The notes under the pieces are model-generated. The model was not told the DNA's origin. It saw only the letters and a program-made list of their open reading frames with translations, and did no database searches. 64,000 nucleotides of DNA from an uncultured Candidatus Saccharibacteria bacterium (lineage in GTDB: Bacteria > Patescibacteriota > Minisyncoccia > Minisyncoccales > GWA2-38-27), in assembly GCA_964469955.1 (NCBI GenBank), contig CAYXZK010000005.1, positions 47,410 to 111,409 of the forward strand, in the 5' to 3' direction. The translations under genes and the position numbers were made by a program. Of the stretch, positions 9,171-18,893 are shown in pieces. Every line of letters begins with the position of its first letter. The first letter of the stretch is position 1.

Positions 9171-11195
9171 ATGCCCTTGTCTCTCAGAAAAAGAAACCTT
9201 AGATTACCCTCTCGGCAACAATGGACGCAATTCTTCAAAGTCTTAACAAAAAAAGAGAAAATCGTCTTTTTTGTTTTCTTTGTTTTTGCCCTAATCAGTT
9301 TTTCCTTGATTGCTTTTAATTTTTACTTTGAAAATACCGAAATAGCAGCCTCTCAAGGCGGAACTTACACTGAAGGAGTAATCGGACAGCCAAGATTCAT
9401 TAATCCAGTTTATGCTAATTCTGACATTGACAGAGATTTAGTTGAATTAATCTTTTCTGGTTTAATGAAATATGACAAAAACTTAGAAATAGTGCCTGAC
9501 ATAGCGCGAGATTATCCTGAAATTGAGGAGCAAGGAAAAATTTACAAATTTTTCTTAAAAGAAAATATTTTTTGGCAAGATGGCGTTCAACTAACGGCAG
9601 ACGATATAGTCTTCACAATAAAAACAATCCAGAGCTCGGATTATAAAAGCCCACTAATCGCAAATTGGGTCGGAGTAGAAGTTGAAAAAATTGATAAACT
9701 TGGAATTAAATTTGAGTTAAAAAAACCATACAGCTCTTTTCTTGAAAATTGCACCCTAAAAATTATACCAAAACATATCTGGGAAAACGTCTCATCGCAA
9801 AATTTTCCACTCAGCGCTTATAATTTAGAACCGATTGGTTCGGGTCTTTATAAAATTAAAAAAATAAAATCCAGCGCTTCTGAAAAAATAGACTCTTTAA
9901 TATTAACGCCAAACCCTTCGTATTTTGGAAAAAAGGCAAATATATCTAAAATTGAATTTCTCTTCTTTGATAACAAGAAAAAGTTGACTGAAGCGACTAT
10001 ATACGGAAATATCAATGGCTTGTCCTCAAGTTCTCTGATCAATATTGATGAATTTCAAAATCTTTTCACAGGCTTAGATAAAGAAAACTGGAAAAAATAC
10101 TATTTTTCTTTACCAAGATATTTTGCGGTTTTTTTAAATCCTGAAAATTCAGAAATTCTATTCCAGAAAGAAATACGTTTGGCTTTAAATTATGCTACAA
10201 ACAAAGAAGAAGTCGTTAATAAAATATCAGGAATTTCTTATCCAGAAGTCGTTGATTCGCCTATTTTACCTAAAATTTACGGGTTTGATCCACCGCTTAA
10301 TATCTATGAATTCAACCCTGAAAAAGCAAAAGAAATTCTTACGGAAATCGGATTTGAAGACTATGACCAGGACGGCTTTAGGGAAAAAATTATTCAAAGA
10401 GAACAAGCCTTTACTTTCACGAGCAAACTTCAAGAAGGTTCTGAAGGAACACAAGTCAGCGAACTTCAAAAATGTTTGGCGAAATTTCCGGAAATCTACC
10501 CATCAGGAGAAATCTGTGGTTATTTTGGTTCAAAAACAAAACAAGCTGTCATCAATTTTCAAGAAAAATATTCAAAAGATATTTTAGATCCATGGGGATT
10601 TAAAAAAGGAACAGGTATAGTCAGCGAAACAACACGCGCGAAACTAAACGAGATTTGTTTTGATAATTCAGAAAAAATTATACCTTTACAATTTTCTTTA
10701 GTCACGGTTGACCAACCGCAATTAATCAAAGTCGCGGAACTTCTAAAGCAACAATGGCAGGAAATTGGAATTAACACTAATATTGAAAAATTCCCGATAT
10801 CTGAATTAGAACAAAATTTTATCAGACCTAGAAATTACGAAAGTTTACTTTTTGGCGAAGTATTGGGTTCGCTGCCAGATCCTTTCCCTTTTTGGCACTC
10901 TTCGCAAAATATAGACCCTGGATTAAACTTATCAATATATAACAACAAAGAAGCCGATGTTCTTTTGGAAAAAATTAGAACATCTTTAAGTACTGAAGAA
11001 AAAAATAAACAATTAGAATTATTACAAGATATTTTAATAGAAGATGTTCCAGCGGTATTTTTATATAGCTTGGACTACGCTTATTTTGTTTCAGAAGAAG
11101 TTAAGGGCATAGAATCTGGAAAAATTGTAGATCCATCAAAACGTTTTTCTAGAATTCAAGATTGGTATATAAAGACAAAAAGAGTTTGGAAATAA
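9171..11195 (+). CDS. OppA-like (family 5) ABC substrate-binding protein with N-terminal TM anchor and inserted peptidoglycan-binding domain
   Basis: GGTYTEG, LIFSGL, FWQDGVQLTADDIVFT, PIGSGLYK, IRLALNYA; insert at about aa 414-496 LQEGSEGTQVSELQKCL...GYFGSKTKQAVINFQ...TGIVSETTRAKLN. Confidence 0.88.
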   Translation: MPLSLRKRNLRLPSRQQWTQFFKVLTKKEKIVFFVFFVFALISFSLIAFNFYFENTEIAASQGGTYTEGVIGQPRFINPVYANSDIDRDLVELIFSGLMKYDKNLEIVPDIARDYPEIEEQGKIYKFFLKENIFWQDGVQLTADDIVFTIKTIQSSDYKSPLIANWVGVEVEKIDKLGIKFELKKPYSSFLENCTLKIIPKHIWENVSSQNFPLSAYNLEPIGSGLYKIKKIKSSASEKIDSLILTPNPSYFGKKANISKIEFLFFDNKKKLTEATIYGNINGLSSSSLINIDEFQNLFTGLDKENWKKYYFSLPRYFAVFLNPENSEILFQKEIRLALNYATNKEEVVNKISGISYPEVVDSPILPKIYGFDPPLNIYEFNPEKAKEILTEIGFEDYDQDGFREKIIQREQAFTFTSKLQEGSEGTQVSELQKCLAKFPEIYPSGEICGYFGSKTKQAVINFQEKYSKDILDPWGFKKGTGIVSETTRAKLNEICFDNSEKIIPLQFSLVTVDQPQLIKVAELLKQQWQEIGINTNIEKFPISELEQNFIRPRNYESLLFGEVLGSLPDPFPFWHSSQNIDPGLNLSIYNNKEADVLLEKIRTSLSTEEKNKQLELLQDILIEDVPAVFLYSLDYAYFVSEEVKGIESGKIVDPSKRFSRIQDWYIKTKRVWK

Positions 11196-11279
11196 TTCTA
11201 AAATTGTTAAGGTTCTCACGATAATCAATAATCAGGACCAAATAATTAGTAATTAAAGCTAAATGATCAGTGCTAAATT

Positions 11280-11852
11280 ATGAACAAGAAACCAGATATT
11301 CGCTATCTATACGACATAAAAGAAATTATCTATGATAAAAATTGGCTGAAAAAAGCTTCCGATTTTGAGCTTTATTATATGCGCAGAGGCGTCAAAGAAA
11401 AAAACGGCCTAAGATATGATATCACCACAATCCCAGGACAAATGCTTGGTAAAGAATTTGTAAAAACAAAAGGCCATAAGCATATTGGTAAGTTTAAAGA
11501 AATTTATATCGTTCTTAAGGGACAAGCGTTATTTTTAATGCAAAAATGCGAAAACAATGAAGTCAAAGATGTTTATGTCGTAAAAGGCGAAAAAGGCGAC
11601 GCCGTAATAATTCCCTCTGAGTATGAACACATAACAATTAACCCTTTAAAAGAAAATCTCGAAATAGGAAACTGGATTTCTAAAAATTGTAAGAATAATT
11701 ACGAAACAATTAAAAAAATGCACGGCGCTTGTTATTTTTATACAAAAAAAGGCTGGGTTAAAAATAAGAATTATAAAAAAATTCCCAAACTTCGTTTTGA
11801 AAAACCTCTTAAATCAATTCCGAAAAATCTAAATTTTCTGAAACAAAAATAA
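11280..11852 (+). CDS. Cupin-type (archaeal-like) glucose-6-phosphate isomerase family protein
   Basis: LRYDITTIP..MLGKEFVKTKGHKH....EIY.VLKG.A..LMQ, IIPSEYEHITINP, GACYF. Confidence 0.82.
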   Translation: MNKKPDIRYLYDIKEIIYDKNWLKKASDFELYYMRRGVKEKNGLRYDITTIPGQMLGKEFVKTKGHKHIGKFKEIYIVLKGQALFLMQKCENNEVKDVYVVKGEKGDAVIIPSEYEHITINPLKENLEIGNWISKNCKNNYETIKKMHGACYFYTKKGWVKNKNYKKIPKLRFEKPLKSIPKNLNFLKQK

Positions 11853-11854
11853 GC

Positions 11855-11937
11855 GCGGGTATGGCGGAACAGAAGACGCGTTAGCTTCAGGAGCTAATGG
11901 GAGCAATCCCATGGAGGTGCAAATCCTCCTACCCGCA
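11855..11937 (+). tRNA. tRNA-Leu(CAG)
   Basis: Acceptor GCGGGTA/TACCCGC, anticodon arm TTAGC-TTCAGGA-GCTAA, long variable arm, T arm GGAGG-TGCAAAT-CCTCC. Confidence 0.93.
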
Positions 11938-12020
11938 CAACTCCTCGTCAATAAATAAATAAAAAATTTAATCTGTTTTTAAGATTATATTGAGAAATTA
12001 AAAATTATAACAACAAACTA

Positions 12021-13724
12021 ATGGAAAAAATATTTAAAACCAAAAGAGAGAAAAACACTAAAAATCTTAGGGTTATCCCTTTGGGCGGATGCGAAGAAGT
12101 AGGCAGAAATATGACTGTTTTTGAATGTGGAGAAGATATCATTATTTTAGATATGGGCTTACAGTTTCCAGAAGAAGACACCCCTGGCATAGACTATATA
12201 ATTCCAAATACAGAGTATTTAAAAGGAAAGGAAAAAAATATCCAAGGGGTTATCTTTTCTCACGGACACTTAGATCATATTGGAGCTGCTCCAATATTAT
12301 TAAAAAAATTAGGTAATCCTCTCATTATCGGTAGACCTTTAACCATAGAAATGATTAAGCATAGACAAGAAGACGCGGGCAAAGGCAGTTCCAGAGCGCT
12401 TAAGGCTCAATACATTAACGACATTAAAGATAGAATAAATTTAGGTTGTTTTAATATTTCCTTTTTTAGGGTAGATCATTCAATTATGGATGCCGTTGGA
12501 GTTATAATAGAAACCCCTATGGCAACTATTATTCACCCAGGAGACTGGATGATTGAACACGACCCAACAGGGAAGAGCAAGATAGAATATACGCACTTAT
12601 CCAGATTAGAAAAACCAACCGTATTAATGCTTGAAAGTTTAGGGTCAACTGATTCAAAAGAACCCATTACAGAAAAAGAAATGATTCAAAATCTTCACAA
12701 CTTAATTGATTCTGCTCCGGGTAGAATAATCATTGGAACGTTTTCTTCGCAACTGGAAAGAATAAAACAAATCTTAGAATATGCTTCAGAAAAAGATAAA
12801 AAAGTGGCTTTAGACGGATTTTCTATGAAATTGAATGTAGAAATAGCTAAAAAATTAGGCTATATTAAGCCGTCCCAAAACACAATCATCCCTATAGATA
12901 AAATAAAAGACCACCCTGACAATAAAGTCATCGTAATCTGTACAGGTTCGCAAGGAGAAGAAGTTTCTGCTCTCTCAAGAATAGTTGCTGGAAACCATCG
13001 TTTTATAAGTTTAAAAAAAATTGACACTGTTGTTTTTTCTTCTTCCGTAATTCCAGGCAACGAAAGAACAATCCAACGACTAAAAGATAGCATTTATCGT
13101 TTATGCGACAACGTTGTTCATAAAGATATAATGGCGGTGCATACTTCAGGGCATAGCAACATAAATGACATACAAGAGATTATAAGGCAGATCAATCCAA
13201 CTTATTTTATCCCTGTTTACGCCAACCATTTTATGCTCAAAGAAGCTGCTAAAATAGCATTTAACCTTGGCATTAAAAAAGATAAAATTTTCGTTCCTGA
13301 CAATGGTTCTATTATACAATTTAATAAAGAAGGCGCGAGAATTCTTAAAGAAAAAGCTCCCACAAATTATGTTTTCGTTGACGGGTTAGGCGTTGGAGAT
13401 ATTGGCGACATTGTTCTTAGAGATAGAAAAGTATTGGCTAAAGAAGGAATATTTGTCGTGATAGCAATCGTTGACCACAAAACTGGTCAAGTCAAAGGTT
13501 CTCCTGATATAATCTCAAGGGGTTTTATTTATTTAAAAACATCGAAAGATTTACTAGCGCAAACGCGACGCAGGGTAATTTCTATAATAAACAAAACTAC
13601 TAGAGACAAAGAAACCATAAATTGGGCTAATGTCAAAGACGATATTAGAAAAAAAATCAGTCAATTTCTTTTTTCTAAAACAGAGCGAAGACCTATTATT
13701 ATTTCAGTCATAATCGAAGCCTAA
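12021..13724 (+). CDS. rnj: Ribonuclease J
   Basis: IPLGGCEEVGRNM, SHGHLDHIG, TGSQGE, SSVIPGNE, HTSGH. Confidence 0.96.
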   Translation: MEKIFKTKREKNTKNLRVIPLGGCEEVGRNMTVFECGEDIIILDMGLQFPEEDTPGIDYIIPNTEYLKGKEKNIQGVIFSHGHLDHIGAAPILLKKLGNPLIIGRPLTIEMIKHRQEDAGKGSSRALKAQYINDIKDRINLGCFNISFFRVDHSIMDAVGVIIETPMATIIHPGDWMIEHDPTGKSKIEYTHLSRLEKPTVLMLESLGSTDSKEPITEKEMIQNLHNLIDSAPGRIIIGTFSSQLERIKQILEYASEKDKKVALDGFSMKLNVEIAKKLGYIKPSQNTIIPIDKIKDHPDNKVIVICTGSQGEEVSALSRIVAGNHRFISLKKIDTVVFSSSVIPGNERTIQRLKDSIYRLCDNVVHKDIMAVHTSGHSNINDIQEIIRQINPTYFIPVYANHFMLKEAAKIAFNLGIKKDKIFVPDNGSIIQFNKEGARILKEKAPTNYVFVDGLGVGDIGDIVLRDRKVLAKEGIFVVIAIVDHKTGQVKGSPDIISRGFIYLKTSKDLLAQTRRRVISIINKTTRDKETINWANVKDDIRKKISQFLFSKTERRPIIISVIIEA

Positions 13725-13746
13725 TCAATAAATAGATTTTATGCAT

Positions 13747-13772
13747 AAACCCTCTGTAGGGGTAGAGGTTTT
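13747..13772. repeat. Truncated copy of the 501-539 palindrome
   Basis: AAACCCTCTGTAGG (14 bp identical to 502-515) followed by GGTAGAGGTTTT. Confidence 0.5.
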
Positions 13773-13801
13773 CATAAGATAAGTTTAATTTCAAATAATA
13801 T

Positions 13802-14779
13802 ATGAAAATTTTATCAGGCATTCAGCCAACCGGTTTAATCCATATTGGAAATTATTTAGGAGCTATAAAGCAATGGGTCGAACTCCAAGAAAAAAATGAT
13901 TGTCTATTTTTTATTTCTGATTTACATTCTTTGACAATTCCATATAACCCAGAAGAACTTCAAAAAAATATTCTTGAAGTTGCCATGGCCCACCTATCAG
14001 TCGGCATTGACCCCGAAAAAAGCATATTCTTCGTTCAATCCCATATCAAAGAACACACCGAGCTTTGCTGGCTCTTAAACACTGTTTGTCCAATCGGAGA
14101 CTTAGAAAGAATGACTCAATACAAAGAAAAAGCTAAAAAATTTAGAAAAAATCAGAACGCGGGACTTCTTGATTATCCTGTTTTAATGGCAGCGGATATA
14201 CTTTTATACCAAACAGAAGCAGTTCCTGTCGGAAAAGATCAAATTCAGCATGTTGAACTAACCAGAACTATTGCCAGAAAATTTAACGCGAAATTTGGGA
14301 AAACTTTTATTGAACCGAAATCACTTTTGCCGCATAAAGGAGAAAAAATTATGTCTTTAAATAATCCAAAGAAAAAAATGTCTAAATCTTCCGGTCCGGC
14401 AAACTACATCTCTCTCTTTGAAAAACCAGAAGAAATCAAGAAAAAAATAATGTCAGCCATAACCGACACAGATAAAACAATAAAATATAACCCGAAGAGA
14501 AAACCCGGGATTTCAAATCTTTTAACAATCTATAGTTTGTTTAGTAAAGAAAGAATAGAAGACCTTGAGAAACGCTTTAGAGGTAAAGGATACGCCCAAT
14601 TCAAAGATTCTCTTGCCGAAGTTTTAATAAATTCCCTGAAGCCTTTTCGGCAAAGAAAAAAAGAATTTGCCTCACGTCAAATTTATATTGAAGAAACTCT
14701 TAAAAAAGGAGCAGAAAAAGCAGAAAATATCGCAAAATATTCTATGCAGGAAGTTAGAAAAAAAATGGGATTAATTTAA
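13802..14779 (+). CDS. trpS: Tryptophan--tRNA ligase
   Basis: SGIQPTG.IHIGNYLGA (HIGH), YPVLMAADIL, VPVGKDQ.QHVE, KMSKS. Confidence 0.98.
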   Translation: MKILSGIQPTGLIHIGNYLGAIKQWVELQEKNDCLFFISDLHSLTIPYNPEELQKNILEVAMAHLSVGIDPEKSIFFVQSHIKEHTELCWLLNTVCPIGDLERMTQYKEKAKKFRKNQNAGLLDYPVLMAADILLYQTEAVPVGKDQIQHVELTRTIARKFNAKFGKTFIEPKSLLPHKGEKIMSLNNPKKKMSKSSGPANYISLFEKPEEIKKKIMSAITDTDKTIKYNPKRKPGISNLLTIYSLFSKERIEDLEKRFRGKGYAQFKDSLAEVLINSLKPFRQRKKEFASRQIYIEETLKKGAEKAENIAKYSMQEVRKKMGLI

Positions 14780-14836
14780 ACGTTTATCACCTATTACTTA
14801 TCACTAATCACCCCCAAGCTGTTAATAGCTTGGAGA

Positions 14837-16195
14837 TTAATTACTACTGATCAATCCTATAAGCTTTTTCTTCTTTTGGTCCAATAGTTTTTGCGTGTCT
14901 GCCTCAATCATCATTCTTAAAAGATTTTCCGTGTTTGAGGGACGAACCAAAAACCACCAATCTTGAAAATCTATTCTTAGTCCATCTATTTTTGAAATTT
15001 TCCCCTTTTCAAACTTTCTTTCTAATTTTTTCATCATCGCTTTTTTGTCTTTTATTTTAAAATTTATCTCGCCTGAATGAAAATATTTTCTGAAAGGATT
15101 AATCAATTCTGAAAAATTTTTACCTTTATTAGAAGAGAGAATTTCCAAGATTTTTAACAAAACGAAAAGCGGAGCTTCGGAAAAATAATGCGACATTTTA
15201 TAGTAATGACCAGAAAGCTCGCCTGCAAAAAAGATATTTTCTTGACGCATTTTTTCTTTTATTAAAGAATGCCCAACTTTCCAGACAAACGGTTCGCCTT
15301 GATTCTCTTCAATGGTTTCTTTAACCGATCTGCTTGAACGGACATCGTATAAGATTTTTACGCCAAGATTTTCTTTTAAGATAGATTTAGATAAAAAGGC
15401 AGTGATTAAATCACCTGAAATTATTTTTCCTTTTTCGTCAACAAAAATAATTCTGTCTCCATCTCCATCCAAAGCAACCCCTAGGTCTGCTTTTTTATTT
15501 TTAACAGCTTCTATTAAATTGAACAGATTTTTTTTTATTAAAGGATCAGGTGGATGATTGGGAAAACTTCCATCTGATTTTTCAAATAAAGAATATATCC
15601 TACAAGGCAATTTTTTTTTAAATTCTGGAAGTAAAATCCCAGGCACAGCATTAGCAACATCAATAACAATTTTAAGCGATCCCATTTTCTTAACATTGAA
15701 ATTTTTAAAATTAAACCTTATATATTCTGCTAAAACTTGTTTTTTTATTATCCTGCCTTTTTTAATCTTTGAAGAAAATATATTTTCATTTTCTAATAAC
15801 ATCTTTTTTATTTCATTTAATCCCCTTTCAGCGCTTATTGGAATAGATTTTTCTCTAACCATTTTAAAGCCATTATACCCAGCCGGGAGATGGGAAGCCG
15901 TGATATTTATACCTCCCTCAAATTTAAAATGGCTTACGGTAAAATAAAATAGCGGCGTTGGAGAAAGCCCAATGTCAATAACATCAGCTCCTTGATCAGT
16001 TAAACCTTTTATTAAAGCTTCAGATATCTTTTTTGAAGAAAGGCGATTATCTCTACCAACAACAATTTTTAGGTTTCTTTTGTTTAAAAACAAGACATAG
16101 GCCCTGCCAATAAAATAAGCGGTTTTTATGTTTATCTCGTCAGGAAAAACGCCCCGGATATCATAAGCCTTAAAAATGTTAGGATTAATTTTCAT
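14837..16195 (-). CDS. manB: Phosphomannomutase/phosphoglucomutase
   Basis: FKAYDIRG, ITASH, DGDGDR, GELSGH, RPSNTE. Confidence 0.93.
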   Translation of the reverse strand: MKINPNIFKAYDIRGVFPDEINIKTAYFIGRAYVLFLNKRNLKIVVGRDNRLSSKKISEALIKGLTDQGADVIDIGLSPTPLFYFTVSHFKFEGGINITASHLPAGYNGFKMVREKSIPISAERGLNEIKKMLLENENIFSSKIKKGRIIKKQVLAEYIRFNFKNFNVKKMGSLKIVIDVANAVPGILLPEFKKKLPCRIYSLFEKSDGSFPNHPPDPLIKKNLFNLIEAVKNKKADLGVALDGDGDRIIFVDEKGKIISGDLITAFLSKSILKENLGVKILYDVRSSRSVKETIEENQGEPFVWKVGHSLIKEKMRQENIFFAGELSGHYYKMSHYFSEAPLFVLLKILEILSSNKGKNFSELINPFRKYFHSGEINFKIKDKKAMMKKLERKFEKGKISKIDGLRIDFQDWWFLVRPSNTENLLRMMIEADTQKLLDQKKKKLIGLISSN

Positions 16196-16246
16196 ATTTA
16201 AAACAGATTAGTTTAATTAATTATAGCACAATTTTTAAAAATCAGC

Positions 16247-16275
16247 TTGACCAGAAAAGGCATAACTGCTATTAT
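16247..16275 (+). promoter_or_regulatory. Sigma70-type promoter for rpsF-ssb-rpsR
   Basis: TTGACC-17 bp-TATTAT, with the extended -10 TG. Confidence 0.6.
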
Positions 16276-16303
16276 GCTATTATTGATTACTTAGTAATAA
16301 ACT

Positions 16304-16750
16304 ATGAATTTTTATCAGTTAATTTATTTAATAGACGCCAACCTGACTTCAGAAGAATTAAATTCTTTGCCCCAAAAAATAAGCAATTTTATTCTAGAAG
16401 AAGAGGGAAGCTTGGATAAAGCAGAAAAACCAATCAGGAAAAAACTTGCTTATTTTATTAACAAAAAAAATGATGCTTTTTTAGCTGTTTTAAATTTTTA
16501 TTTAATACCAGACAAATTAAAGAAAATTGAGAAAAAGCTTAAATCTGAAAAAGAAATTTTACGTTATATGCTTTTGGTCAATAAGACACCTAAAAAAATT
16601 ATTTTAGAAAAAACTGTTAGAAAAATTCCTGAAATTATAAAAAAATCGCCGGAACCTTTAAAAGAAACGAATGTTGAGCAACAAGAAAATAAAAAAGAAG
16701 AATTAGAGAGAATTGATAAAAGAATAGAAGAAATCTTAAATACAGGTTAA
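16304..16750 (+). CDS. rpsF: 30S ribosomal protein S6
   Basis: YQLIYLI, RKKLAYFINK, EILRYML; precedes ssb-rpsR. Confidence 0.9.
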   Translation: MNFYQLIYLIDANLTSEELNSLPQKISNFILEEEGSLDKAEKPIRKKLAYFINKKNDAFLAVLNFYLIPDKLKKIEKKLKSEKEILRYMLLVNKTPKKIILEKTVRKIPEIIKKSPEPLKETNVEQQENKKEELERIDKRIEEILNTG

Positions 16751-16821
16751 TACGAATTTTAGCGAATTAATGCTAATTTAAATTACGCATAAATTAGTTA
16801 AATTTGTATAAATCAACTTCT

Positions 16822-17382
16822 ATGAATTTAAATAAAGTTTTTATTTTAGGAAATTTGACAAGGGATCCAATAATTAAAGTATTACCTTCCGGGCAATCCG
16901 TAGCTAATTTTGGGGTTGCAACAAATAGATTTTTTTACGATAAAGATAAGCAAAAAAAGGAACAAGTTGAATTCCATAATATCGTTGCCTTTGGCAGAAC
17001 AGCGGAAATAATCCAGCAATATTTAAAAAAAGGGTCTATGGTTTTAATAGAAGGCAGGATTCAAACAAGAAATTGGGAAGACCAATCGGGTAATAAACGC
17101 TTTATGACAGAAATTATTACCGAAAAAATGCAACTTGGACCAAGAAACGCTTCTTTTCAAAGAGATAATTCTGATTTTTCCGATTCATACCAAAATCAAA
17201 ACAAAGGAGATAAATTTCAAGAAGATATTCCTGTTATAGAAGAAGGTCAAGATGAGCCAAGTTTCTCTCGCGCTCCTGGGGATTCAAACGCTGAAGCTAA
17301 AGAAAATAAAAAAGAATCAATTAAAGAAAGCGATTTAAATGATAACGAAGAAGAAATTGATTTAAAAGATATTCCTTTTTAA
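16822..17382 (+). CDS. ssb: Single-stranded DNA-binding protein
   Basis: MNLNKVFILGNLTRDP, EFHNIVAFG, IEGRIQTRNW, acidic tail DIPF; start set to the ATG at 16822. Confidence 0.97.
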   Translation: MNLNKVFILGNLTRDPIIKVLPSGQSVANFGVATNRFFYDKDKQKKEQVEFHNIVAFGRTAEIIQQYLKKGSMVLIEGRIQTRNWEDQSGNKRFMTEIITEKMQLGPRNASFQRDNSDFSDSYQNQNKGDKFQEDIPVIEEGQDEPSFSRAPGDSNAEAKENKKESIKESDLNDNEEEIDLKDIPF

Positions 17383-17468
17383 GGATATTAGCGAACCCTG
17401 ATTAATGTTCGTTGGTTATACTGGTTACTAATTATTTATTATTATTATTTATAGAAATTTACACAGAT

Positions 17469-17666
17469 ATGATTTGTTATTTCTGCCAAAAGAATATTGA
17501 TGAAATAGATTTCAAAAACACAGAACTTCTTCAGAAGTTTATTTCAGGTTTAGGTAAAATAAGACCTAAGAAAAGAACAGGCGTTTGCTCTAAGCACCAA
17601 AGACAATTAAAAAGAGCCATTAAAAGAGCGCGTCACTTAGGATTGCTTTCAGCTACCGAGAAATAA
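17469..17666 (+). CDS. rpsR: 30S ribosomal protein S18
   Basis: CYFC...IDFKN..LLQKFIS..GKI.P..RTGVCSKHQRQL.RAIKRAR; start set to the ATG at 17469. Confidence 0.97.
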   Translation: MICYFCQKNIDEIDFKNTELLQKFISGLGKIRPKKRTGVCSKHQRQLKRAIKRARHLGLLSATEK

Positions 17667-17722
17667 AGAATCTCTATTGGTTAAAATTAGTTTCGTAAAT
17701 TAAATCATCTAAATTTAGTTTA

Positions 17723-17760
17723 AAAAGACAAAAACGCTTTTAAAAGCGTTTTTGTCTTTT
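17723..17760. terminator. Bidirectional terminator (perfect 38-bp palindrome) between rpsR and recA
   Basis: AAAAGACAAAAACGCTTTT/AAAAGCGTTTTTGTCTTTT. Confidence 0.8.
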
Positions 17761-17779
17761 CGGAAAAGATATTTTTTGA

Positions 17780-18784
17780 TTAATGATTTATACTCTTATC
17801 CGTAATTGATTTTTTAATTTCTTTGGCTGCTTTAGGGTTTTCTCTTAAAAATTCTTTGGCTGCTTCCATACCTTGTCCTAATTTCATGTCTTGATATTGG
17901 AACCAACTTCCAGATTTTTTTATAATATTATAACTCATGCCAATATTTAATAAATCCGCAAAATAAGAAATTCCTTCATTGTAGTAAATATCAAATTCGC
18001 AAACTTTAAAAGGAGCACCTACTTTATTTTTATCTATTTTGGCTTTAATACGACTGCCAATAATTTCATCACCATGTTTTATTTTAGCAATCCTTCTTAA
18101 ATTAATTCTCACGGAAGAATAAAATTTTAGAGCAAGCCCGCCTGAAGTTGTTTCGGGTGAACCAAACATAACACCGATTTTCATTCTTGTTTGATTCAAA
18201 AACACAAGCGAAGTTCTTGTTTTAGAAATGATTGCAGATAATTTTCTTAAGGCAGAAGACATCAATCTTGCTTGTAAACCAATACGGAATTCACCAATCT
18301 CGCCCGCAATCTCCGCCTTAGGAGCCAAAGCGGCAACAGAATCAACAATAATAGTATCTGTTTGTCCTGATCGAATTAAACTTTCCACGATTTGTAAAGC
18401 TTCTTCGCCTGAATCTGGTTGAGAGACCAAAAGATCATTAGTATTAACTCCAATTCTCTTCGCATAATCAGGATCAAGCGCATGTTCAACGTCTATAAAA
18501 GCTGCTGTACCGCCGCGTTTTTGAGCTTCAGCGCAAATATGCAAGGCAAGAGTTGTTTTGCCTGTTGATTCAGGACCAAAGATTTCAATAACTCTGCCTC
18601 TCGGAATTCCGCCAACACCTAAAGCAAGGTCTAGGGAAATAGAACCAGTTGGAATCACGTCAACGTCAACAGCCCTTGTCTCTCTAAGCTTCATAATTGA
18701 TCCTTCTCCAAAACGTTGTTTAATTTCAGCTATTGCTTCTTCTAAATCGTTTTTCCCTATTTCTTTTATTTTTTTCTTAGGCAT
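17780..18784 (-). CDS. recA: Recombinase A
   Basis: GPESTGKTT, EHALDP, DSVAAL, GLQARLMS, ALKFYSSVR. Confidence 0.99.
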   Translation of the reverse strand: MPKKKIKEIGKNDLEEAIAEIKQRFGEGSIMKLRETRAVDVDVIPTGSISLDLALGVGGIPRGRVIEIFGPESTGKTTLALHICAEAQKRGGTAAFIDVEHALDPDYAKRIGVNTNDLLVSQPDSGEEALQIVESLIRSGQTDTIIVDSVAALAPKAEIAGEIGEFRIGLQARLMSSALRKLSAIISKTRTSLVFLNQTRMKIGVMFGSPETTSGGLALKFYSSVRINLRRIAKIKHGDEIIGSRIKAKIDKNKVGAPFKVCEFDIYYNEGISYFADLLNIGMSYNIIKKSGSWFQYQDMKLGQGMEAAKEFLRENPKAAKEIKKSITDKSINH

Positions 18785-18893
18785 AACTTTATTTTATCAA
18801 TAAAAAATTTTATACGCAAATTAATTAAAAACTAATTCTGGCTAACTTAAACGAAATTTAATTCCAGATTGTATTTAAATATTACAACAATCT

